Below, one piece after another: positions 10,631 to 23,348 of a stretch of DNA of 64,000 bases; position 1 is the stretch's first letter; every line of letters begins with the position of its first letter. The stretch comes from Candidatus Poribacteria bacterium. Its GTDB lineage: Bacteria > Poribacteria > WGA-4E > WGA-3G. The DNA lies in the NCBI GenBank assembly GCA_965200205.1, contig CBDAUI010000001.1:1778664-1842663 (forward strand). The letters run 5' to 3'. A model generated the notes under the pieces. That model was not told where the DNA came from and did not search any database. It worked only from the letters and a program-made list of their open reading frames with translations. The position numbers were made by a program, and so were the translations under genes.

Positions 10631-11881
10631 TTAGAAGGCCTGTTGGAACGGTTCCAAAACTTGTTCTAACGGACGCGGGTCTGGAAACCAGCCAACAATT
10701 TTTTGTAAGACTTCGTCGAGAAGGACATCTGGACAAGACGCGCCAGCCGTGAGAACAATATCAATAGGGTTTTTCTGGTCTGTCCCGTTTGGCTGAAAAA
10801 GCCAATCCTCTGTGGTTTTTACCTGTTTGGTCTCTAATTCGAGATGACGAATGCGGTTCGGACTCAGAAGTTCGTTTGCATCCCGAATAAAATAGGTGGG
10901 AAGGTGCTGCTGACAAAGGGCGACAAGATGGCTTGTATTTGAAGAATTATAGCCACCAACGACAACTGCTACATCGCCACCATCAGCAATAAGAGCGAGA
11001 GTTGCGTCTTGATTTTCTTTCGTCGCATAACAGAGCGTATCTCGCGTATCGGCGAAGTGCGCGGATAGTTGAGCCTCACCATAAGTCTCCTTGATAGTGT
11101 CGCGCAGCAAATTCGCGATCTCCTCTGTTTCTGTCGCGAGCATCGTTGTCTGGTTAACAACACCGATGCGTTTCAAGTGAATATCCGGATCAAACCCGTT
11201 CGAGAACCGATCTTTGAACTTTTCAAAGAAGAATGCGGCGCCCGCTTCACCAGAGATGACCTTTGCTAAATTCCGTGCCTCTGCAATATCGCGAACGACG
11301 ATAACGAGAGCACCCGCTTGCGCATGTGAAAAGGTTGCACGGGTTTCTTCGTGATAGTGCTTCCCGTGGATAACAACGGTATAGTCCTGCTTGCCGATCT
11401 CTTCACTCCGCCGCCAAACTTTTTCAACAAACGGACAGGTCGTGTTGTAAGAGGTCAGGATAACGCCTCGTTCTTTAAGGACCTGCTCTATCTCAAGTGT
11501 TGTACCGAAAGCGGGTACGATAACAACATCATCCGGAGTTAAAACATCAAAGGAGATTAATGATGTTCCCGTCGTATCCATTAAGAACTGTACGCCGCGC
11601 TGCCTGAGGTTTTCGTTAACCCGTGGATTGTGAATAATCTCTGACAACAAGAAGATACGTTTGTCAGGATTTTCTGCCAGCGCCTGATAGGCGATCTCAA
11701 TAGCGTTCTCTACCCCATAACAGAAACCGAAGTGACGCGCAATTTTGAATCGGACGGGCCCAAAGTCCAAGACGCTTGGAGAGAGGTCTCGCTTTCTCGT
11801 ATCTGTGTCTCGGCGTACTTGCTTAACAACTGAGATAATCGGGCTCTGATAAAAATGAGGCAGTTTAAATGTTCGAGGCAT
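10631..11881 (-). CDS. ispH: 4-hydroxy-3-methylbut-2-enyl diphosphate reductase (long form).
   Basis: GFCYGVENAIE, VIHGKHYHEE and ADGGDVAVVVGGYNSSNTSHL motifs. It is convergent with hisC. Confidence 0.85.
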   Translation of the reverse strand: MPRTFKLPHFYQSPIISVVKQVRRDTDTRKRDLSPSVLDFGPVRFKIARHFGFCYGVENAIEIAYQALAENPDKRIFLLSEIIHNPRVNENLRQRGVQFLMDTTGTSLISFDVLTPDDVVIVPAFGTTLEIEQVLKERGVILTSYNTTCPFVEKVWRRSEEIGKQDYTVVIHGKHYHEETRATFSHAQAGALVIVVRDIAEARNLAKVISGEAGAAFFFEKFKDRFSNGFDPDIHLKRIGVVNQTTMLATETEEIANLLRDTIKETYGEAQLSAHFADTRDTLCYATKENQDATLALIADGGDVAVVVGGYNSSNTSHLVALCQQHLPTYFIRDANELLSPNRIRHLELETKQVKTTEDWLFQPNGTDQKNPIDIVLTAGASCPDVLLDEVLQKIVGWFPDPRPLEQVLEPFQQAF

Positions 11882-11919
11882 TCGCGTTTTTTGTTCCGTG
11901 TTATACGTTGATGCACCTT

Positions 11920-12054
11920 TTAGGCGCTCAGAACTTTCCGACCTTTGGCGCGGCGGCGCGCAATGGTCTGTCTACCATGCCGTGTGGACATCCGTTTGCG
12001 GAAACCCATCTTATTTTTACGCTTCCGTCGATGCGGTTGATATGTGCGTTTCAT
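11920..12054 (-). CDS. rpmH: 50S ribosomal protein L34.
   Basis: Manual translation gives [44 protein letters not shown] (44 aa), a textbook L34. It sits divergent from dnaA, as is typical, and falls below the ORF-track length cutoff. Confidence 0.9.
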   Translation of the reverse strand: MKRTYQPHRRKRKNKMGFRKRMSTRHGRQTIARRRAKGRKVLSA

Positions 12055-12350
12055 TATATTTTCCTTCCGTGTCAATGTAAATCAGGTACAAAGCAGGGGC
12101 AGTTATTCTGGATTCTGCCTTTGCAAAATAGATATTCTGTTCGTCAGAATGGGTATCATTTTTAGGTAATCCGTTAAAATAATACGCTATTTTTAGAGGT
12201 TTGTCAAATTTTTTGTCTCTTTACGACTTTTATCTTTTAAGAATAAAAAAAGGTTTCACAAAATTTCAATTTCAACTAAAATGTCTACGATAGAATTGTT
12301 GCATAAATGACACAATTTTGGAACTCACGAAAAATATTGCTCTAAAGATA

Positions 12351-12379
12351 TTGACATTTCTATAAAAAAATGATACGAT
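12351..12379 (+). promoter_or_regulatory. Candidate dnaA promoter (TTGACA, 17 nt, TGaTACGAT) in the AT-rich rpmH-dnaA spacer.
   Basis: TTGACA at 12351-12356, a 17-nt spacer, and TACGAT at 12374-12379 preceded by TG. Confidence 0.4.
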
Positions 12380-12527
12380 TTTATTTATACAATTTTCGCT
12401 TGATTGGTACAGTTTGAATTCATTTAACTTCAGATTCATCGCACTCTATTAAATCATTATAAAGCCTGCCTGAAAACCAGCACCAATGCTGAAGGCATAT
12501 CCACAATTTAGGTTAGGACCTACGCTC

Positions 12528-13931
12528 ATGCGGCATTCCCCGAACGAAATCTGGTCGGAAATACTCGAAGAACTCAAGGATACGGCACAACAGGATGTCT
12601 ATCTTCATCAAGCGGTTCCGCTATCCGTTACAGCTGAAACACTGAAGATAGCTGTCCCTTCCGCGTACACACGCACGCGAATTGAAGAACGGTTCCGCGC
12701 TGACATCCAGCGGGTATTAGCAACACTGATCGGTGCACAGTGTGCACTTACACTTATCATAGATGAATCTATGTCCCGTGGAACCCGTGGCGGCAGCGAT
12801 CCTTATGAAATAGATAGTGGAGATTTTCCGGAGCAAGCACTCGGTCAGAATGAAACATCAGTTATTACACCCCCTACCCCTCCACTCCCAAGAAATCAGA
12901 CTGGATTAAATCTGAACTATCGGTTTGATACATTCGTTGTTGATACGCCGAACCGGATTTGTCACGCGACGGCCTTAGCCGTTTCGGAAAATCCAGGACG
13001 CGATTATAACCCGCTCTTCATCTATGGCGGTGTCGGACTGGGAAAAACGCACCTTCTGCACGCAATCGGCAATAGGCTTTCAGCAACACAACCCGATAAG
13101 AAGGTCCTCTACGTTACCTCAGAGACTTTTATGAATGAGTATGTTGAGTCAATCGTTAACCGTGGATCAGCACAGGGGTTCCGTACAAAATATCGAACAG
13201 CAGATATGCTCTTGATTGACGACATACAATTCCTACAACGCAAGGAAGGGACGCAAGAAGAGTTCTTTAACACTTTTAACGAACTCCACATGAACTCAAA
13301 TCAAATCGTCATGACCAGCGACCGGACACCGAATAACCTCGAAAATCTTGAAGTACGCCTCAGATCCCGGTTTCAATCAGGGATGGTCGCCGAAATCGGT
13401 ATGCCACAGTATGAGATGCGTATCGCAATCCTGCGGCAAAAATGCCGAGACCAAGGCTTCGACAATGTTCCTGACGACGTACTCAGCTACGTCGCTGAGG
13501 TCGTTGAAACTAACATCCGAGAATTAGAGGGCACCCTCGTCCGAGTGGTCACTCAAGCAACAATACTCAGAGAAAATCTAACGCTGGATTTTGCCAGACA
13601 GGTCCTGAGTGATGTCGTTGTCCCATCACCGATGCGAGACAGAAGGGTCGCGACAGCGAAAGGTATACAAACCGTCGTCTCTGAATACTTCGGTATCGAA
13701 ATAGCAGACCTTGTCTCTATGAAACGGACAAAAGAATTAGTACAACCGCGTCAAATCGCTATGTACATGTGCCGAGAATTAACACAGATGTCGTATTCAA
13801 ATATCGCACAAGCATTTAATAGAGAAAATCATACCACTGTCATCCACGCTTGCAAACAGATAGAATCCATGATGGAAAAAAGTGATGAAGAACGCCAAAC
13901 AATTGTACTCTTACTTGACCAATTTCGATAG
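12528..13931 (+). CDS. dnaA: Chromosomal replication initiator protein DnaA.
   Basis: GVGLGKTHLLHAIGN (Walker A), LLIDDIQFL, and a C-terminal DnaA-box-binding domain. Start is placed at ATG 12528 (MRHSPNEIWSEILEEL), 42 nt inside the ORF-track start. Confidence 0.9.
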   Translation: MRHSPNEIWSEILEELKDTAQQDVYLHQAVPLSVTAETLKIAVPSAYTRTRIEERFRADIQRVLATLIGAQCALTLIIDESMSRGTRGGSDPYEIDSGDFPEQALGQNETSVITPPTPPLPRNQTGLNLNYRFDTFVVDTPNRICHATALAVSENPGRDYNPLFIYGGVGLGKTHLLHAIGNRLSATQPDKKVLYVTSETFMNEYVESIVNRGSAQGFRTKYRTADMLLIDDIQFLQRKEGTQEEFFNTFNELHMNSNQIVMTSDRTPNNLENLEVRLRSRFQSGMVAEIGMPQYEMRIAILRQKCRDQGFDNVPDDVLSYVAEVVETNIRELEGTLVRVVTQATILRENLTLDFARQVLSDVVVPSPMRDRRVATAKGIQTVVSEYFGIEIADLVSMKRTKELVQPRQIAMYMCRELTQMSYSNIAQAFNRENHTTVIHACKQIESMMEKSDEERQTIVLLLDQFR

Positions 13932-13989
13932 TCGAATCTTACATTTTTTTCGGCGATCTGTCCAATTTTTTAATTTCTACGCATCCAAA

Positions 13990-14260
13990 AACCTGTTGAT
14001 AACTTGTTGATAACCCTGTTAATATTGTGTTGATAACTTGTTGATAACTTGTTGATAACCTATGTACCTCACACTCCTGTTGATAACTTGTTGATAACTC
14101 TCTAATTTATCCACAAGTTATCAACAGGGTACTTGTCAATGGTGACAAGCGTTCAGGTGAGTTATCCACTTATCAACAGCCCCTACTACTACTACTAAGA
14201 ATTATATAAATTTATATAGTAATTAGTACAAACAGTAGGTCCGTTGATAAGTCAAAAAAA
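13990..14260. other. oriC: DnaA-box cluster followed by an AT-rich DNA-unwinding element.
   Basis: About 11 TGTTGATAA/TTATCAACA 9-mers (one mismatch to the TTATCCACA consensus) lie at 13993-14098. A perfect TTATCCACA sits at 14107-14115 and TTATCCACT at 14162-14170. The AT-rich ATTATATAAATTTATATAGTAATTAGTA lies at 14201-14230. The region is in the dnaA-recF gap. Confidence 0.85.
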
Positions 14261-14385
14261 TGAGTATCGAAAAATAGGCATTCAAGGGTAATAAAATAGA
14301 AACTTTCGAGAATATTGTTTCACAAATAATTTTAAGGGCAGTCCCGCCGGCGAAAAATATTTTCGATTTTCACATTACAAAACAG

Positions 14386-15621
14386 ATGTTATTAAATCAT
14401 ATCATCCTACGCAATTTTCGTAATTATATTGATTGTGAGGTAGACTTTCCACAGTCGGTTAACCTAATTGTCGGCGGGAATGCTCAAGGAAAAACCAGTC
14501 TGCTTGAAGCGATCTATTTTTTATGCACCGCCGAATCACATCGTGCGACGCATGATGCTGAATTAATTCGGCATCATGAGGCAGGGTTTTACCTAAAAGG
14601 GACACTCAGGAACGGCATCAACGAGGTCGTCTCGCTTGAAGCCATGAAACAAACACGCGGACAGTTCAAATTAAAAAAGAACGGCATTTTGCAGACAAAA
14701 CGTTCCGAGTGGATTGGGCAATTCAATGCCGTATTTTTCTCACCAGAGTCATTGACATTAGTCAAGGGTGGACCCTCAGAGCGACGGCGATTCTTAGACC
14801 TGTTAATCTCACAGATTAACAGCGAATATTTAAAAAATTTGCAAAAATACAACCTTGTTCTCAAGCAACGAAACGAATTGCTAAAGCAGATTCGCGCAAC
14901 GGCCGCCAGTATCACGCAGCTGGACGCTTGGAACAAATTGCTAATCATACATGGCACTGCGGTTATCATAAAACGACTGGAAATCTTCTGTCAATTGCAA
15001 GGTTACGCGACCGAAAACTACCTAAAACTTGCAGGTGCACAAGAAAACCTCGCGTTAACATATCGTTCGGCGGTGATGCCGGACGATATGTTAACACCCA
15101 ACTCGGAGACCGCTACCGTTAAGGTTGCTAAGCATTTTAATATATCACTGAATGCATCCCGCGAAGCAGATTTACAGAGAGGCACAACTTCAGTTGGTCC
15201 ACACCGAGACGATTTCCTAATTGAATTAGAAAGTGAAGCGAAGACGGATGTAGTTGGCACCCCTAACAAAAATAATGAAACTGATCCACAAGAAGCCAAA
15301 ACGTTTCGAGAAGGCGCACGGTCTTATGGTTCGCAAGGACAACAGCGTACAATTGCCTTAGCCCTAAAGTTAGCAGAATTAGAATTAATCCGACGCCTAA
15401 CAGGCAAGGATCCAATAGTCTTGCTGGACGACGTTACTTCAGAGTTAGACGATAGGCGGATAAAATATCTGTTAGAGGTCCTCCAAAATTTAAGTGCACA
15501 AACCTTTATTACGACGACAGACGCTGATCCGCTTGTTCACTATCTAAAGGAACCGAATGTCCTAACGGTAGAAAATGCTAACGTGAGTTACACCGTGGGA
15601 ACCCATAATGTGCCTGAGTAG
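14386..15621 (+). CDS. recF: DNA replication and repair protein RecF.
   Basis: LRNFRNY...VGGNAQGKTSLLEAI (Walker A) and LLDDVTSELD (RecF signature). It follows dnaA directly. Confidence 0.85.
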   Translation: MLLNHIILRNFRNYIDCEVDFPQSVNLIVGGNAQGKTSLLEAIYFLCTAESHRATHDAELIRHHEAGFYLKGTLRNGINEVVSLEAMKQTRGQFKLKKNGILQTKRSEWIGQFNAVFFSPESLTLVKGGPSERRRFLDLLISQINSEYLKNLQKYNLVLKQRNELLKQIRATAASITQLDAWNKLLIIHGTAVIIKRLEIFCQLQGYATENYLKLAGAQENLALTYRSAVMPDDMLTPNSETATVKVAKHFNISLNASREADLQRGTTSVGPHRDDFLIELESEAKTDVVGTPNKNNETDPQEAKTFREGARSYGSQGQQRTIALALKLAELELIRRLTGKDPIVLLDDVTSELDDRRIKYLLEVLQNLSAQTFITTTDADPLVHYLKEPNVLTVENANVSYTVGTHNVPE

Positions 15622-15647
15622 CAGCAAACTGGAGGCGGAGAAACAAA

Positions 15648-16151
15648 ATGCCTAAAACACAAAAACTACGCGATCTCCTTACGGAACTTGTGCGCACCCG
15701 TGACCTTGAGCCTAAAATGCTCGAACAGACAGTTTTTTCTTTGTGGCGAAAACTGCTCGGAACACCGATCGGTACAAAAACGATGCCGGTATCAATTTCA
15801 GGCGGTATTTTAAAAGTCTACACAGAATATCCGCCGTACAAACAAGAATTATCACTCCACAAAGAGAGGATCATAGCAAATTTGAACGCCGAATTAGGAC
15901 AACCTATTCTCACAGATATCCGGATAGATGTGCGTCCACCCCTAACATCAACATCCCATCACACAGCGGACGCGCCAACCAGAGCAGAACCACCAAAAAC
16001 GATCGCAAAAATATCTCCTGCTCGTACCGCCAACGCACCGATGCCCGAAACGTTAGAGCAGATTGATCAAATGGTTGCTGATGTAACGGATACCGACCTA
16101 AAAACCTCCCTGTCCCAATTATTTGTCTCCCAGAGCCGAAATAAGTCTTGA
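15648..16151 (+). CDS. DUF721 (DciA-like) protein.
   Basis: 167 aa in the canonical recF-gyrB position. The ...SLWRKLLG...ILKVYTEYPPYKQELSL...TDIRI pattern matches DUF721. Confidence 0.65.
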   Translation: MPKTQKLRDLLTELVRTRDLEPKMLEQTVFSLWRKLLGTPIGTKTMPVSISGGILKVYTEYPPYKQELSLHKERIIANLNAELGQPILTDIRIDVRPPLTSTSHHTADAPTRAEPPKTIAKISPARTANAPMPETLEQIDQMVADVTDTDLKTSLSQLFVSQSRNKS

Positions 16152-16409
16152 CAAAATTGTGAAAATAAGGTATTCTATTTATAGAAGGATAAGGTATTCT
16201 ATAGCAGTCCTGCGTTTACCTTATACCCTCAATTAGGACTTACGCATTTTTCGTGAGTGTCTACGTAATACGAGACGCTGGATGGCGGTACAAACCCTGA
16301 AGAAACACTTTCTTTCCATTGGATTTTAGCGTTTGCAAAAACCCTGCAGAGCGTGTAAGTTCTATCAACAATAATACCTGTCCTCATATTATATAACTAT
16401 ACAATTTAA

Positions 16410-18965
<2,556 letters not shown>

Positions 18966-19139
18966 TAGTTAATAGTTATCAGTTACAAGAGGTTTTCGAT
19001 AGTTCCAAAGTCTCTTAACTGACAACTATTTGTTGGTTGTTGGTAAGAAAGTCCTCTTAACTTATAACCATTAACTATTAACCAATCACCATTAACGCAG
19101 AAAAATCGTACTGATAACTGGTAACTTATAATTATTCAG
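18966..19139. repeat. Heptanucleotide tandem repeats (TAATAGT/CCATTAA type) plus a short copy of the ~110-bp repeat family.
   Basis: The repeat units are TAATAGT TAATAGT TATCAGT and CCATTAA CTATTAA CCAATCA CCATTAA. The 21-mer AGTTATCAGTTACAAGAGGTT at 18974-18994 is the exact reverse complement of 25175-25195. Confidence 0.7.
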
Positions 19140-21677
19140 ATGGAAAATATTTTAGAAACCAACATAGAAAATGAACTGAAAACATCATATCTCGCCTACG
19201 CGATGAGCGTGAACACCAATCGCGCGATACCGGATGTCCGAGACGGTCTCAAACCGGGAACCCGTCGAATCATCTATGCTATGGGAGAGATAAATCTCAC
19301 TTCAAATCGTCCGTACGATAAATGTGCAGCCGTTGTTGGCGAAGTCATGAAAAACTTCCACCCACACGGTGATGGTCCGATTTATGGTACGCTTGTCGGT
19401 TTAGCGCAACCCTTTAGCATACGCTACCCGCTCATCGACGGTCAAGGGAACTTCGGCAGTATTGATGATGACCCACCGGGCGCGATGCGCTATACAGAAT
19501 GCCGTTTGACCGCTATCGCCCAGGAGATGCTCACCGATATTGACAAGCAGGTTGTTGACTTTCAACCGAATTACAAGGAATCACTTGAAGAACCTACGGT
19601 TCTTCCGGGGCTGCTGCCTAACTTGCTCGTCAACGGTACGACAGGCATCGGTGTCGGCTACCTCACACGCATACCCCCTCACAACCTCAATGAAGTTGTT
19701 GATGCCCTGCTCTACAAACTCTCGGACCCAGACGCTAACTCAGAAAAATTGATGGAGCACATTACCGGTCCCGACTTTCCAACAGCCGGAATGATCGTCG
19801 GCACCAGGGGTATTAAAGAGATGTATACCACTGGCCGAGGGAGCATGACCGTCCGTGCCAAAGCGATCATAGAGAGAGTCTCTACAAGCAAAAGCGGATC
19901 CGAACAGGAACAGATTATCATCACTGAAATTCCGTATCAGGTAAAGAAAAATCAACTCTTGGAGCGGATGCATCAGTTGGTTGTTGATAAAACCGTCACT
20001 GGTATTAGAGATATCCGCGACGAGTCTGACAAAGAGATCCGCATCGTCATAATTCTCAAACGCGGCGAGATCGCTCAGGTTATCTTAAATCAGTTGTACA
20101 AGCACACACAGATGCAAACAAATTTTAGTGCGAACCTGCTCTGTCTCGTAGATGGGCTTCCGAAAGTACTAACACTTCAGGAAATTTTGTACTACTATCT
20201 TGAGCATCGACGCGATGTGATCCGCCGGCGCACACAATTTGAACTCGCCCGTGCTGAACGCAGAAACCATATCCTTGAGGGGTATCTCTTAGCACTTCAA
20301 AACCTTGAGGCGATCATAGAACTTGTTCAAACCGCTGAATCACCACAAGCAGCGGAAGAAGAGCTTCGAGAAACGTATCAACTCAGCGAGTTGCAGGCGC
20401 GGGAAATCTTAACGATGACGCTTCGTCAGTTAACCGGACTTGAACGCCAACGAATCCACGATGAATACACCGACATCTTAGACCGTATTGCCGAATACCG
20501 TGCTATCCTTGCCAATGAAACGTTGGTAACCGATATTATCCGGACGGAACTCGAAACCCTGAAAGAAAAATATGGTGATGAACGTCAAACCGAAATTACG
20601 GACGAAGTTAAAGAGTTTAAAGTAGAGGACCTCATTGCCGACGAAGATATGGTTGTCACGCTTTCTCACAGCGGCTATATCAAACGGTTACCTATGGACA
20701 CCTATCGGAAACAGCATCGCGGGGGTGTCGGTATTAAAGGTGCCGCGCCGAAAGATGGCGATTTCTTGGAGCATATCTTCGTTGCGACCGCCCATCAGAA
20801 CATCTTATTTTTCACAGACTTGGGCAAATGTTATACATTGAAGGTCCACCAAATCCCTGAAGCGAGTCGCCAATCCGCCGGGCGTGCCGTCGTTAATTTG
20901 CTAAAATTAGCAGCAAATGAGAACATCACTGCTTATGTTCCTGTGCGTCCTAAAACTGTTAACATAGAACCCGAAACTGATGCGGAGGCTGACGCTGGCG
21001 AATCCGTCGCGGACGAATTCGTTTTCATGGCAACCCAAAATGGGATCGTTAAAAAGACAGAACTCTCCAGATTTGAGAATACGTTATCAAGCGGTATCAT
21101 CGCAGTGAACCTTGACGATGGCGATAAACTCATTGGTGCCCAAGTAACAATAGGCACATCAGATGTTTTCCTCGTTACACACAACGGAACTGCTATTCGG
21201 TTCAGTGAGGAAAACGTTAGACCCCTTGGACGTAATACACGCGGTGTCCGCGGTATAGAACTCGGTGATGAGGACTTTGTTGCCCAAATGGTGATTGTTA
21301 ACAACGAAGCTGCTGATGCAGAAGAGAAAGCACAAGGCTCCGCGAATAGAAAGGATGACACCTTGCTGATTGTCACAGAGAACGGGTACGGTAAAAGGAC
21401 ATCTATCTCCGCGTATCGTTCACAGAGACGCGGTGGCAAAGGTATCATCGCTATCGGTAAATCTGCCCGAAACGGAGCCGTCGTCGCTGCAAAACGGGTC
21501 GCAGATACCGATGAACTCGTTCTTATTAGTTCAAACGGTTATGTTACCCGAATGGCTGTCAGCGACATCCGACGGATCGGGCGAAACACACAAGGCGTAC
21601 GCATCATGGCACTCCAATCGGATGAAAAACTTGTTGACGCTGCTAAAATCGAACTTTCGTCCTCTTTGGTCGAGTAA
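19140..21677 (+). CDS. gyrA: DNA gyrase subunit A.
   Basis: YAMSVNTNRAIPDVRDGLKPGTRR, the active-site Tyr region, and C-terminal beta-pinwheel repeats. Confidence 0.95.
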   Translation: MENILETNIENELKTSYLAYAMSVNTNRAIPDVRDGLKPGTRRIIYAMGEINLTSNRPYDKCAAVVGEVMKNFHPHGDGPIYGTLVGLAQPFSIRYPLIDGQGNFGSIDDDPPGAMRYTECRLTAIAQEMLTDIDKQVVDFQPNYKESLEEPTVLPGLLPNLLVNGTTGIGVGYLTRIPPHNLNEVVDALLYKLSDPDANSEKLMEHITGPDFPTAGMIVGTRGIKEMYTTGRGSMTVRAKAIIERVSTSKSGSEQEQIIITEIPYQVKKNQLLERMHQLVVDKTVTGIRDIRDESDKEIRIVIILKRGEIAQVILNQLYKHTQMQTNFSANLLCLVDGLPKVLTLQEILYYYLEHRRDVIRRRTQFELARAERRNHILEGYLLALQNLEAIIELVQTAESPQAAEEELRETYQLSELQAREILTMTLRQLTGLERQRIHDEYTDILDRIAEYRAILANETLVTDIIRTELETLKEKYGDERQTEITDEVKEFKVEDLIADEDMVVTLSHSGYIKRLPMDTYRKQHRGGVGIKGAAPKDGDFLEHIFVATAHQNILFFTDLGKCYTLKVHQIPEASRQSAGRAVVNLLKLAANENITAYVPVRPKTVNIEPETDAEADAGESVADEFVFMATQNGIVKKTELSRFENTLSSGIIAVNLDDGDKLIGAQVTIGTSDVFLVTHNGTAIRFSEENVRPLGRNTRGVRGIELGDEDFVAQMVIVNNEAADAEEKAQGSANRKDDTLLIVTENGYGKRTSISAYRSQRRGGKGIIAIGKSARNGAVVAAKRVADTDELVLISSNGYVTRMAVSDIRRIGRNTQGVRIMALQSDEKLVDAAKIELSSSLVE

Positions 21678-21719
21678 GGTTGTGCGGTTCGGAAACCGCA
21701 CCTACAAACGGAGAAACCG

Positions 21720-23228
21720 ATGAAATATTTTAGTATTTTCATTATCTTTGCTTTTATGATGGTTTCCAACGGTGTTTATGCGGATAAGGATGTGCGGTTG
21801 GAAACCGCACCGACAGGTGAAACACCCGAATTAGTACCGCTCACGGATGATAATACACAGTTAGATGCTGATATGGCGCGCGCAGTGGAAATCTATACCG
21901 ACCTGATGTGGGCCGCTTATTGCAGTACCCGTGACCCCAATAGTCATAAAAGCCAAAATGCTTACAATGCTTTAATCACAAAGTTAGAATCTGACGAGGC
22001 ATTCTTGACAGATAAAGTATTATCTAAGTCCGACATCAGTTTTATCTATGCGCAACGTGCCGAACTTAGATTTTCAGAATGGCAAAGTATTATTGGCGCG
22101 GAAGAAGATGCAAGAAAATCCGTTGAACTCGACCCCGAAAGTGTCAACGCAGCGTGGACGCTTGCAAAAATGTTAACGAACCGATATTATTCCAGATATT
22201 TTTCTAACCAAGAACGCAACAGAAAAAAAGAAGAGGAGATGTTTACTGCCTTAGAGCGTGTTGTCGAATTGGACGCTGATCACCATCAGGCGCATTATTA
22301 CCTCGGCAGTATGGCACGCGATCTCAATCGTCCCGAACTCGCGATTACGTCATTTAAGGCACTGACCCGTATTATGCCTTTTAGGGCGGAATACCATAAC
22401 GCACTCGGTGAACTTTACAAAGCACAGAACCGTTATGGAGAAGCATTGCATTCTTACGAAAGAGTGTTAACCATATCTCCAGACGATGTTGTCATGTTAA
22501 TTAATGCACACAGTGGTGTCGGTATCGCGTATCAGTCAGAAAACAATTTTGAAAAAGCTGAATACCATATCAAGCGTGCAGTCACCTTATTAGAGGAACA
22601 AGTCACGGCGATGCGCACGGATCGTAGGCGGAGTAGAGATCGGATTATATTAGCCCGAGAACTCCAAAACATACGCCATCAACTCGCACAGGTTTACCTG
22701 AGGTTCAATGTTCCTGAGAAAGCTATAGAGAATTTTCAAAAGATTTTGACCTTTGATGCCAACTATGTCCCCGCACTCACAGGTATCGGAATAGCCTATC
22801 AGATGCTCAACGATGTTCAACGATCAGAAGATTACTTGCTTAAAGCAATAGAATTATCGTCTGGAGAAAATGTGCCTGATGCCTACAACGCGTTAGGGTA
22901 TCTCTACGCCGAGCAGGGCATTAAATTGGATGAAGCGGAAAAACTCGTTCGCCGTGCACTTAAAAGCGTTCCAACATCCGGTGCGTATCTCGATAGCTTA
23001 GGACTTATCTACTTTAAAAAAGGGAAACTTGATGCTGCCATAGAAAATTTAGAGCAAGCAGCCCGTTACCTGCCCGATGAACCTGAAATTCTCAAACATC
23101 TTGCCGATGCCTACCTTAAAAAAGGCTTAGAACAAAAGGCACTGCAAACTTTGGAACATGCTGTCGATATTGAACCGGATAACGCCGAACTTCGCCAGAA
23201 ACTTGATACTATCAAGTCAAGCAAATAG
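21720..23228 (+). CDS. Secreted tetratricopeptide-repeat protein.
   Basis: Signal peptide MKYFSIFIIFAFMMVSNGVYA followed by multiple TPR-like repeats. Confidence 0.7.
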   Translation: MKYFSIFIIFAFMMVSNGVYADKDVRLETAPTGETPELVPLTDDNTQLDADMARAVEIYTDLMWAAYCSTRDPNSHKSQNAYNALITKLESDEAFLTDKVLSKSDISFIYAQRAELRFSEWQSIIGAEEDARKSVELDPESVNAAWTLAKMLTNRYYSRYFSNQERNRKKEEEMFTALERVVELDADHHQAHYYLGSMARDLNRPELAITSFKALTRIMPFRAEYHNALGELYKAQNRYGEALHSYERVLTISPDDVVMLINAHSGVGIAYQSENNFEKAEYHIKRAVTLLEEQVTAMRTDRRRSRDRIILARELQNIRHQLAQVYLRFNVPEKAIENFQKILTFDANYVPALTGIGIAYQMLNDVQRSEDYLLKAIELSSGENVPDAYNALGYLYAEQGIKLDEAEKLVRRALKSVPTSGAYLDSLGLIYFKKGKLDAAIENLEQAARYLPDEPEILKHLADAYLKKGLEQKALQTLEHAVDIEPDNAELRQKLDTIKSSK

Positions 23229-23348
23229 TTAATAGTTGTTGGTTATAAGTTATAAGTTAAGATATTGTGGTCCAAAATGTTGCTTTGGATTCCACAAGAT
23301 ACGCAATGCCACAAGAGGGTAACTAACAACTAACAACCAACAACTAAT
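23229..23348. repeat. Heptamer tandem repeats (TAGTTAA / AACAACT type) at both ends of the intergenic spacer.
   Basis: TAGTTAA TAGTTGT TGGTTAT AAGTTAT AAGTTAA ... GGTAACT AACAACT AACAACC AACAACT. Confidence 0.7.

Noticed and set aside
14184-14197. (CTA)x4 trinucleotide run.
   Set aside because: Too short to call a microsatellite feature. It is part of the oriC AT-rich flank.
20933-21448. 171-aa minus-strand ORF inside gyrA, and similar antisense ORFs inside gyrB, dnaA and the C25 gene.
   Set aside because: They are fully embedded antisense to high-confidence conserved genes.
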